Of a stretch of DNA of 64,000 nt, positions 56,399-64,000 are shown piece by piece. Both the position numbers and the translations under genes were made by a program. Within the stretch, counting starts at the first letter, position 1. Each line of letters opens with the position of its first letter. This DNA is from Candidatus Methanomethylophilaceae archaeon. GTDB lineage: Bacteria > Cyanobacteriota > Vampirovibrionia > Gastranaerophilales > Gastranaerophilaceae. Location of the stretch: contig CAVAPR010000004.1 in the NCBI GenBank assembly GCA_963590665.1, positions 10,492-74,491 of the forward strand, written 5' to 3'. Under the pieces are notes generated by a model. It ran no database searches. It saw nothing but the letters and a program-made list of their open reading frames with translations, and had not been told where the DNA came from.

Positions 56399-57875
56399 TG
56401 ATGTTGAAATTAAACGGCAGCAACGAAACTTAACTAATTCACAAAAAAAGAATATTACAACTACCAAAGAAGGTGTGTTAGTAAATTCTCTTATCAAAGA
56501 TAAGGAACAAGACGTAAATCTTTCTTCTTCAAAAGATACTTACTTGATTTCGGATAAAATTTCAATGCCCCAAGAACTTTATCAAGATAATAAAATCGTA
56601 GATAAAAAACTACTGCCACTCAGTGGAATTGCATTAGGAGTAATGTCTTCTGTTGCGATAATTACTGGATTTGTAAACCGTAGCGCTAAAGTTGCTCAAA
56701 ATCTCGCAAAAGAAAAATGGCTTCCAGCAGTAACAAGAAACGTAAACCTAAGCAAAGAAACATCCCAAGTTATCTATCAAATGATTCAAAGCCCAAATAA
56801 AAAAACTTTTATTGCTGGAACTGGAGTTTTAGCACTTTCCGTTATGGCATTTATGGGTAAAACATTTTTTGATGGATATAAAGATGTTTGGGTAAAACGT
56901 AAAGAAGCCAATATTCAAAAAAATCTGCAAGAAAATTTGATTGCAGTTGAAACAGAATCATTTGCAGGGAAAATGCAAATCATTAGAAGTATGCTTTCAA
57001 AATACACTCTCGATTTTGAAAAATATATTCAACCCAAAAATGAAAGTGTTCTTCAAAATTTTGGCAAAAACAAATTCTTAACAATGCCTTTTACGTCTAA
57101 TAATGAAAAACAAAATGAAAAAACTTCCAATATTGGAAATATTATGTTAGGAGGTTTAACTTTTGCGGGAATTATTGGTTTAGGCTATTTGTCTTTGAGA
57201 AATTTAACTAAAAGTAAACTACATTTGCAAGAAGGTTTGAAACAAGCACAAAATGCAATTGAAAAGATTGTAGAATCTTCATCTGAAAACTCAAAAAATA
57301 TGGATAAAAATAATCTAGAGCATTTATTTATTTCAATTGAAGGTTCAGAAGATTTTATTCGTGAAAATGTTAACAAATTAAATTGGAACAGTGATAAAGA
57401 AAAAAGAGAATTTATCAAAAGAATTGTAAGCAAAATCAAAACATCTGCTGCAAAAGTTAATCCAAATATTGGTGGTGATGGAACTCCGAAACCAGCATTC
57501 AACTCATTTGTAGATGATTATCGAGCTTTTTTCTATAATTGGTTATTAGATACTTCTAATCCACAATTCCAACAACTTTTCCTTGGCGTAACAGGAGTTA
57601 CAGCTATTGGTTATGGTGGAAAATTAGCAGGTGATGCAATTAAAGAAGTCCAAGTAAAAAAAATAAATGCAGAAACTGAACTAGAACTCCAAAAACGCTT
57701 AGTTTCTACAGAGTTACGCAACTTTAAATCTAAGAAAGATGCCGCAATTCTTCCATTAGTTGAGGAATTTTACAAGCAAGTTGATAGTGGAAAACGTACA
57801 AAAGAAGAATTGAAAACAATGGCTGAAAATGTTTTGTTCGAAATTAAAAATGGACCACCATTTGTTTATTCTTAA
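56382..57875 (+). CDS. hypothetical membrane protein (about 4 TM helices)
   Basis: 497-aa ORF overlapping the upstream gene by 17 nt. Hydrophobic helices include LLPLSGIALGVMSSVAIITGFV, FIAGTGVLALSVMAFMG, IMLGGLTFAGIIGLGYLSL and LFLGVTGVTAIGYGG. Confidence 0.6.
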   Translation: MIPPINDVEIKRQQRNLTNSQKKNITTTKEGVLVNSLIKDKEQDVNLSSSKDTYLISDKISMPQELYQDNKIVDKKLLPLSGIALGVMSSVAIITGFVNRSAKVAQNLAKEKWLPAVTRNVNLSKETSQVIYQMIQSPNKKTFIAGTGVLALSVMAFMGKTFFDGYKDVWVKRKEANIQKNLQENLIAVETESFAGKMQIIRSMLSKYTLDFEKYIQPKNESVLQNFGKNKFLTMPFTSNNEKQNEKTSNIGNIMLGGLTFAGIIGLGYLSLRNLTKSKLHLQEGLKQAQNAIEKIVESSSENSKNMDKNNLEHLFISIEGSEDFIRENVNKLNWNSDKEKREFIKRIVSKIKTSAAKVNPNIGGDGTPKPAFNSFVDDYRAFFYNWLLDTSNPQFQQLFLGVTGVTAIGYGGKLAGDAIKEVQVKKINAETELELQKRLVSTELRNFKSKKDAAILPLVEEFYKQVDSGKRTKEELKTMAENVLFEIKNGPPFVYS

Positions 57876-57890
57876 TATGAGGAATTATTT

Positions 57891-58382
57891 ATGAATGTTC
57901 AACAAATTCAAATGACAAATATTCACCCAATGCCTCAACCAAGGCAATACATTTGCGATTCTTGTATTTTGCCACAGGGAAATAGAAATTATTGCCTAGT
58001 TGATAAAAATGAAGTGGATTATTTTGTTAACCAAAAAGAGAAATCTCTTCCATATTTAGCTGATATTCTCCAACATTCACAAAACGAAGCTCAAGTGACA
58101 GAAACACTTCTTATCATTGATAGAATGATAGATAATGGCACAAAAGGAATTGATAAATTATATCCAGTATTTGCGAAGTTCAATGATACAAAATCTCCAA
58201 ACGTTCAAACTTATTTAGCTGGAATTTATAGAAAAATTCAAGTGCCAGATGCATTTGGACCACTTGTCAAAATGCTTATTCAAAACTCACTTCAACCAGC
58301 GGATAAAAATGCACCATTTGACCCCAATGAAGAAATTGGTGGGGCTATTTTGAGTTATTTGTCAGATAGATTTAGACATTAA
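57891..58382 (+). CDS. hypothetical protein (possibly helical-repeat)
   Basis: 163-aa ORF 15 nt after the previous gene, with AGGAA upstream. Confidence 0.55.
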   Translation: MNVQQIQMTNIHPMPQPRQYICDSCILPQGNRNYCLVDKNEVDYFVNQKEKSLPYLADILQHSQNEAQVTETLLIIDRMIDNGTKGIDKLYPVFAKFNDTKSPNVQTYLAGIYRKIQVPDAFGPLVKMLIQNSLQPADKNAPFDPNEEIGGAILSYLSDRFRH

Positions 58383-59337
58383 TATTGCTATTCAAAAAAC
58401 AGGCAGATTTGTGGACAGGTGTGATATGTTGCAATACTGGAATTTCTTTTGTACAAATATCCATACAATAATTACATCTTGGATGGAATTTACAACCATC
58501 AATTTTCTGAGATAATGATGGTGGTTGTCCTTGAATTGTTTCTAACTTATTCCCACGATTTGAAGGAAGGGATTTTAATAGGGCTTTTGAATATGGGTGT
58601 TGAGGATTGTTAAAAAATTCAGCATTTGGAGCATTTTCAACAATTCGCCCAGAATACATTACAGCAATCTCGTCTGCATTTTCACTCACCAAAGCCAAAT
58701 CATGAGTAATCAGAAGAATAGATGTACCATTATTTAATTTAATATCATTCAAAAGCTTCATAATCTGAGCTTGAATTGTTACATCTAACGCTGTTGTAGG
58801 CTCATCTGCAATCAATATTTCTGCCTTACAAGCTAAAGCCATAGCAATAATTGCTCTCTGTTTCATACCGCCAGAAAATTCATGAGGATAGTTTTTTAAC
58901 CTTGATTTTGCATCAGGAATTTGTACCGCTTCAAAAGCTTCAATCGCCTTTTCTTCTGCTTGAGCCCCGTGTAAATTTTGATGAATTTTGATAATTTCTA
59001 AAAGCTGGTCACCAACTGTATAGAGTGGATTTAATGACGTCATTGGGTCTTGTGGAATAAGTGCGATTTTCCCACCTCGAATTTTTTGCATTTGGCTATT
59101 ATTTTTTAGAAGCAAATTTTCATTATTATACAAAATTTCACCAGAAGTAATCCTTGCAGTTTTTGGAATAAGCCCAAGAATACTCATTGCACTCATTGTC
59201 TTTCCACAACCAGATTCCCCAACAAGTGAAAGCATTTTACCCTTGTGCAACTCAAAACTAACATCATAAAGCGCCTGTCTAAAAATGTCCTCACATTGAA
59301 AACCCAAATTCAAATTTTTAACTTCTAAAATTGCCAT
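58372..59337 (-). CDS. oppD: oligopeptide/dipeptide ABC transporter ATP-binding protein
   Basis: Walker A GESGCGKT, signature FSGGMKQR, Walker B ILIADEPTTALD, and a C-terminal oligopeptide-type Cys motif CKFHPRCNYCMDIC. No partner permease or binding-protein genes are adjacent. Confidence 0.85.
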   Translation of the reverse strand: MAILEVKNLNLGFQCEDIFRQALYDVSFELHKGKMLSLVGESGCGKTMSAMSILGLIPKTARITSGEILYNNENLLLKNNSQMQKIRGGKIALIPQDPMTSLNPLYTVGDQLLEIIKIHQNLHGAQAEEKAIEAFEAVQIPDAKSRLKNYPHEFSGGMKQRAIIAMALACKAEILIADEPTTALDVTIQAQIMKLLNDIKLNNGTSILLITHDLALVSENADEIAVMYSGRIVENAPNAEFFNNPQHPYSKALLKSLPSNRGNKLETIQGQPPSLSQKIDGCKFHPRCNYCMDICTKEIPVLQHITPVHKSACFLNSNINV

Positions 59338-59530
59338 CAAAAATAATTATATATTTCTTTAGAGGATAAGTAAATAGTAAACTAGGCAGACTTGAAAAAT
59401 TTTAGAAATCATTTAAAATAAAAATAGAGGCGGGAATCACTACCCCACCCTAAAATCGGTTAGAGTTTCTTTAAAGAGATGATTGATAAGTAGGATTGTT
59501 ATCATCTCTTTTAGTATTTTTACTTATTAC

Positions 59531-59667
59531 TTGAAAAATATTAAAAATAGTTTATAATATAAACATAGGAAAGAGTGATTAAACTCTCGAACAGTCTAAT
59601 CACCCTGTCGCATCTATAAGAACAGATAAGTTAATAAAAAATCTCTAGTTAAAACTAGAGATTTTTT
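59531..59667 (+). ncRNA. candidate ~100-nt small RNA (promoter, hairpin, terminator) between oppD and metG
   Basis: TTGAAA (59531-36), 16-nt spacer, TATAAT (59553-58). Hairpin GTGATTA/TAATCAC at 59575-59603, extendable to about 59572-59606. Terminator AAAAATCTCTAG...CTAGAGATTTTT at 59636-59667, which is symmetric and can also terminate metG. Confidence 0.4.
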
Positions 59668-59684
59668 ATATGAATTTTAATATT

Positions 59685-61256
59685 CTATTTCTTAGATTTG
59701 TCAGCGAGTTCGCTATCAACTCTCAAAAATACTGGGTGAATTTCTTCTTTTGAAATAAGTTTTCCAACTTTTAGATTTGTTGTTGTAACATCATCCAATT
59801 TTTTAGATATATCATAAGACAATTGTTTTGCCATATCAGAAGCAATATTTGGACAGTATGGATAAATCAATGATGAAATTACACACATAACTTCTAATAC
59901 TGTTGAAAGAACTTGACCACATTCTGTCATTTTTTCTTCTTTTGCAAGTGTCCAAGGCGCATTGTCTGTTACAAATTTGTTTGTAGCATCGACAATTGAA
60001 ATGATGGCTTGCGCTGCTTCTTGAATTTCAAAGTGGTTGAAATGATTTTCAACAATTTTAACTGTTCCTAATGCAGTTCTCAAAAGGCTTTCAGCTTCTT
60101 TTGAACGATTAGTTAAAAATTCTTCTTTAATTTCACCATCAAAATATTTTACAAGCATTGAAAGACTTCTATTTAACAAGTTGCCCATGCTATTTGCAAG
60201 GTGAGCATTAACTTTTTCTTTAAAATCTAAATCAGAATAGTTTCCATCACGACCACAAGGAGCGGATGTTGCCATATAATATCTAAATGCGTCAGGATGT
60301 TCTAAGTTGTAGTGTTCAAGAACAGATGTTGGAGAAACAACGTTACCCAATGATTTTGACATTTTAGTTTCATCTATTGTAATCCAGCCGTGAGCAAAAA
60401 TATGTTTTGGCAATGGTAAATCTAAAGCCATCAAAATTCCAATCCAATAAATACTGTGGAATTTCAAAATATCTTTACCAATTACGTGAACATCAACTGG
60501 CCATAATTTTTTAAATTGTTCAGATGGATTTTCTGTATCGTAACCAATAGCTGTAATGTAATTTGAAAGTGCATCAATCCAAACATAGATTGATTGTTCT
60601 GGGTCATCAAGAACATCAATACCCCAGCCTACATTTGCTTTATTTCTAGAAACAGAAATATCTTGAATATCTTCTAACTGGTTTAGAACTTCATTTGCTC
60701 TAAAACTTGGAACGATAAAATCTGGATGAGATTTGATATGTTCCATAATTGCATTTTTATAAGATGACAATTTAAAGAAATAATTTTCTTCTTTAACAAC
60801 TTCTGGTTTCTTCAAGTGGTCTGGACATAATCCATCTTCTGTCAAATCTTTTGGATTTAGAAAACATTCACAACCAGAACAATATAAACCTTCGTATTCG
60901 TGTTTGTAAATATCACCTTTTTCAACAAGTTTTTTAAAGATTTTTTGAACAACTTTTTCGTGATCTTCATCTGTTGTACGGATAAATCTATTGTAATTAA
61001 TATCTAACGCTTTCCACGCATCTTTGAATTTTTGCGCATTTTCATCACATAATTGTTTTGGAGTTTTGCCTTGAGCTGCAGAGGTTTTTTGGATTTTAAT
61101 TCCGTGTTCATCTGTACCAGTCAAGAAAAACAAATTATCTGTTCTTTGAGAAAAATGTCTTGCGATAATATCTGACAAGATTTTTTCATAAGCGTGACCA
61201 ATGTGTGGAGCACCATTAACATAATCAATTGCGGTAGTTAAATAAAATTTATCCAT
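59685..61256 (-). CDS. metG: methionine--tRNA ligase (short form)
   Basis: HIGHAY and KMSKS motifs and zinc-knuckle CSGCECF...CPDH. 523 aa, without the C-terminal tRNA-binding extension. Confidence 0.97.
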   Translation of the reverse strand: MDKFYLTTAIDYVNGAPHIGHAYEKILSDIIARHFSQRTDNLFFLTGTDEHGIKIQKTSAAQGKTPKQLCDENAQKFKDAWKALDINYNRFIRTTDEDHEKVVQKIFKKLVEKGDIYKHEYEGLYCSGCECFLNPKDLTEDGLCPDHLKKPEVVKEENYFFKLSSYKNAIMEHIKSHPDFIVPSFRANEVLNQLEDIQDISVSRNKANVGWGIDVLDDPEQSIYVWIDALSNYITAIGYDTENPSEQFKKLWPVDVHVIGKDILKFHSIYWIGILMALDLPLPKHIFAHGWITIDETKMSKSLGNVVSPTSVLEHYNLEHPDAFRYYMATSAPCGRDGNYSDLDFKEKVNAHLANSMGNLLNRSLSMLVKYFDGEIKEEFLTNRSKEAESLLRTALGTVKIVENHFNHFEIQEAAQAIISIVDATNKFVTDNAPWTLAKEEKMTECGQVLSTVLEVMCVISSLIYPYCPNIASDMAKQLSYDISKKLDDVTTTNLKVGKLISKEEIHPVFLRVDSELADKSKK

Positions 61257-61374
61257 TTATCATTTTCCTTTATATTACTTAGTGAATTATATCTAAATCT
61301 TAGCACAAACAAGGGTTTTGAGTTGACAAACAAGTGAAAAATGATATATTAAACAATAAGCATAGGAGCTTTTT

Positions 61375-61800
61375 ATGAAGAAAAATTTTATAATAACATT
61401 ACTCGCAATTTTAGCAACAAGTTCAATTGCATTGGCAGATTTTAGTAATTTTAGTCCACTAGCAAAATTGAAAGTTGGGCGATATGTATGTAAATACCAA
61501 GCTCAAAACAGATACTCTAGATCTCTTTCTGACAAATGTATTATAAGTATTGACAAATGGGGTGGAATTAGTCAAGAAAATTGTCCTACTGATTCAACAG
61601 AAACAATGAAACTTGTTCAAGATGGCAAATGTACATATTCGCCAGACCGAAACCAATATTTTACTTGTAAATATCCTCAAGGGACTTGCAAAGTATTAAT
61701 TGCCCCTGAATCTGGCTCATATACAGGATGTTCTGGCACAATTACTGATTTTGATAGAGTCGAAGCTGATGCTAAAGCTGGAAAATGTTCTAAAGAATAA
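61375..61800 (+). CDS. secreted Cys-rich hypothetical protein
   Basis: Signal peptide MKKNFIITLLAILATSSIALA and multiple Cys. Candidate promoter TTGACA (61323-28) / TATATT upstream. Confidence 0.55.
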   Translation: MKKNFIITLLAILATSSIALADFSNFSPLAKLKVGRYVCKYQAQNRYSRSLSDKCIISIDKWGGISQENCPTDSTETMKLVQDGKCTYSPDRNQYFTCKYPQGTCKVLIAPESGSYTGCSGTITDFDRVEADAKAGKCSKE

Positions 61801-61871
61801 AAATTTTTAGGCAATTTTTTTAGACAAAAATACTTTATATATATGTAGGTAAAATATAAAGGAATAGTATT

Positions 61872-62315
61872 ATGTCTGAAAATTGGGTTACAGCCTTAGA
61901 TGGTTTAGCTGCTGGCGGTGTTATTGATTTTGATGCTCCAGCTTATTTACTAAATCAACCTTCAAGATACGTTGGTCATCCGCAATTAGCAGAACTTCCA
62001 ATGACAAATATCGCTCTACTTCCAGAAGGAACAAAGATTAAACCTTTGCCTAAAGAAGACGAGTTTCAACATTCTGACGACACCCTTGTTAAAAATCCTA
62101 AATGGAAAAAAGTTTTGACAAGTTTGCTTGTAGCAGGCGGTGTTGCAGCTAGCGTAGTTGGAATTTTGGCTCATCGTGGCAAAATTGATTTATCTAAAAT
62201 TAAATCAAAAATTAAAATGCCTAAAATGTCTGGTGTAAAAAATGCTGGCAAAACAGTATTAAATTACATCAAAAAGCCATTCCAATTTATCGCAGGTAAA
62301 TTTAAAAAGCCGTAG
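61872..62315 (+). CDS. hypothetical tail-anchored, Lys-rich protein
   Basis: 147-aa ORF with TM helix VLTSLLVAGGVAASVVGILA, followed by a K-rich tail. Confidence 0.5.
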   Translation: MSENWVTALDGLAAGGVIDFDAPAYLLNQPSRYVGHPQLAELPMTNIALLPEGTKIKPLPKEDEFQHSDDTLVKNPKWKKVLTSLLVAGGVAASVVGILAHRGKIDLSKIKSKIKMPKMSGVKNAGKTVLNYIKKPFQFIAGKFKKP

Positions 62316-62322
62316 GTCTTAA

Positions 62323-63669
62323 TTAAATATCTACTCCTTGCATCATATCAACGAGTTGTTTGATTGTACCTTCCATAGTTACGCTTTCAGATGTTCTTTG
62401 CTGAAGAAAAGCGTTAACTTTTGGCATCATTTGGATTGCAATATCCAGTTTAGGATTAGAGCCTGGTTGGTACATACCTACATCAATTAAATCCTTATTC
62501 TCTCTGTACATTGATAATATAGTTCTCAATTTTCCAGCAGCAGCCTTGTGTTCAGGTGTTGCAATTGCACTCATCAAACGGGAAATACTACCCAAAACAT
62601 CAATTGCTGGATAGTGGTTTGATTCCGCAACCTTTCTTGATAAGAAAATATGACCGTCAACAATACCACGCACAATATCTACGATTGGGTCAGAAATATC
62701 ATCACCTTCCATAAGTACGGTATATAGTGCCGTAATTGAACCCTTTGGGCTGTTTCCTGCTCGTTCAAGAACTTTTTGTAGCCATGAGAAAATTGAAGGT
62801 GGATAACCCTTCATTGTTGGAGGTTCACCTAGTGACAAACCTACTTCACGCCCCGCCATAGCACAACGTGTAACGGTATCAGTCATCAAGAAAACTTTTT
62901 TACCTTGATCTCTAAAGTATTCACATACAGCAGTCGCCGTAAGAAGTGCTTTTTGACGAATTAGTGGCGGTTGGTCACCTGTTGAACAAACAAGAACAGA
63001 TTTTGCCATACCAACTTCGCCCAAAGAATCCTCAACAAATTCTTTAACTTCTCTTCCACGTTCGCCAATTAGTGCAACAACGTTAACATCAGCATCAGAA
63101 TTTCTGGCAATCATACCCAATAAAGTACTTTTACCAACCCCAGAACCTGCAAATAATCCCAAACGCTGTCCACAACCCATAGTCATACAACCATCAATAG
63201 CTCGAACACCTGTTGAAAACTGTTCTGTAATAATTGGTCTTTCAAAAGGTCCTGGTGGAGGTCCTTCGATTGGTCGCCAAAGTGCGTTTGTTGTATCAAG
63301 AGGTTTTCCATCAATCGGATTTCCAAGCGGGTCAATCAATCGCCCTAACAAAAAATCCCCAACAGGAACAGTAATTGGGCGTCTTGTTGAAGTTACCAAA
63401 CTTCCTTGACCAATTCCGCTACCATCTAATAAAAGTGATAACTGGGCAACTTCACCTTTGAAAGCTTGAACTTCTGCGGGTTTTAGTTTGCCATCATAAG
63501 TTTCGATATAACACAAATCGCCAATTTTCAGCCCTGGGAGTTTAACCTCAACAGTCAACCCCAAAAGTTTGGAAACTGTTCCTTTATAAGAATACAACTC
63601 TGTTTGAGCTAATTTTTCTTTGACTTTGTGTTTTAACTCTTCTAAATCACTTTTATCAATATCTTCCAT
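62323..63669 (-). CDS. fliI: flagellum-specific (type III secretion) ATPase FliI
   Basis: Walker A GSGVGKSTLLGMI, Walker B VFLMTDTVTR. Overall F1-beta-like layout with an N-terminal beta-barrel. Confidence 0.9.
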   Translation of the reverse strand: MEDIDKSDLEELKHKVKEKLAQTELYSYKGTVSKLLGLTVEVKLPGLKIGDLCYIETYDGKLKPAEVQAFKGEVAQLSLLLDGSGIGQGSLVTSTRRPITVPVGDFLLGRLIDPLGNPIDGKPLDTTNALWRPIEGPPPGPFERPIITEQFSTGVRAIDGCMTMGCGQRLGLFAGSGVGKSTLLGMIARNSDADVNVVALIGERGREVKEFVEDSLGEVGMAKSVLVCSTGDQPPLIRQKALLTATAVCEYFRDQGKKVFLMTDTVTRCAMAGREVGLSLGEPPTMKGYPPSIFSWLQKVLERAGNSPKGSITALYTVLMEGDDISDPIVDIVRGIVDGHIFLSRKVAESNHYPAIDVLGSISRLMSAIATPEHKAAAGKLRTILSMYRENKDLIDVGMYQPGSNPKLDIAIQMMPKVNAFLQQRTSESVTMEGTIKQLVDMMQGVDI

Positions 63670-63719
63670 ATCAATAATTATAACAAAATTTTTGACGTAA
63701 TCAATTTATTAACTCAGTA

Positions 63720-64000
63720 TTAAAAGCGACAGCCCATAACAAGCTCTTTACCATTATCACGAGCTTCTTGCAACGCTGCATCCATAGTTAATTCTTCCAA
63801 ACCGTTTTCGCCCATAACACCACGAATTTGGCAATTTACGTTGTTACCAGCTTTTTGAAGATTCATTTCTTCAAATCTTTTGTTTAATTCATTTACTTTT
63901 ATATATAACTCTTCAAGTTGGGCATTATCAACAGAAATATTGTCGCCATTGTTATTTTCACGATTTTCCATTTGTTCAGCTTTTTGCTTTTCTTTTTTCA
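63720..64000 (-). CDS. hypothetical protein upstream of fliI, possibly longer than the window shows
   Basis: ORF 63720..63971, but the frame stays open (..KKEKQKAEQ-MENREN..) to the right edge. FliH would be expected here by position, but I see no convincing similarity. Confidence 0.4.
   Translation of the reverse strand, partial: KKEKQKAEQMENRENNNGDNISVDNAQLEELYIKVNELNKRFEEMNLQKAGNNVNCQIRGVMGENGLEELTMDAALQEARDNGKELVMGCRF

Overview
Gene-dense, AT-rich bacterial chromosomal segment of about 60 credible protein genes. I found no rRNA, tRNA or CRISPR array, and no transposase, integrase or phage gene. Housekeeping content includes gyrB, ffh, adk, metG, dnaJ-grpE, upp, ispF, speE, rsmI, hpf, corA and mntP. 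The gene content indicates a diderm (BamA, Skp, MlaD-like), flagellated (FliI), fermentative anaerobe ([FeFe]-hydrogenase operon, ferredoxin, FixCX, PPi-dependent PFK, ATP-PEPCK, nucleoside salvage deoB/udp). Together with six dispersed prepilin-type (type IV pilin-like) paralogs and a HEAT/PBS-lyase-repeat protein, this fits an uncultured gut-type lineage such as non-photosynthetic Melainabacteria; that assignment is inference only. The most unusual feature is non-coding. By my coordinates about 5 kb (~8%) of the window lies in eight 0.4-0.8 kb blocks of mosaic, nested palindromic repeat modules (BIME/REP-like). The blocks are bounded by inverted arrays of an 8-mer (CTATAAGT/GATAAGT). Several blocks pair up as terminal inverted repeats around cargo genes: a pilin-like gene plus an XRE regulator (5033-7385), a pilin-like gene flanked by ~450-470 bp inverted arms (40364-42546), and possibly others. 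One 148-nt multi-hairpin core occurs three times almost identically. A 110-nt module occurs four times in one orientation. Short inserts sit inside other modules' hairpins. Other items worth follow-up: a soluble orphan FlhA C-terminal-domain protein between deoB and udp; a vWA / FHA-like multi-TM / TonB_C-like operon; an unknown three-gene operon behind a promoter and a terminator/anti-terminator leader that hides its RBS; two candidate small RNAs (46.4 kb, 59.6 kb); twin hairpins with identical loops (17.2 kb); and an unannotated 58-aa ferredoxin. All coordinates of non-ORF features were counted by hand and may be off by a few nucleotides.
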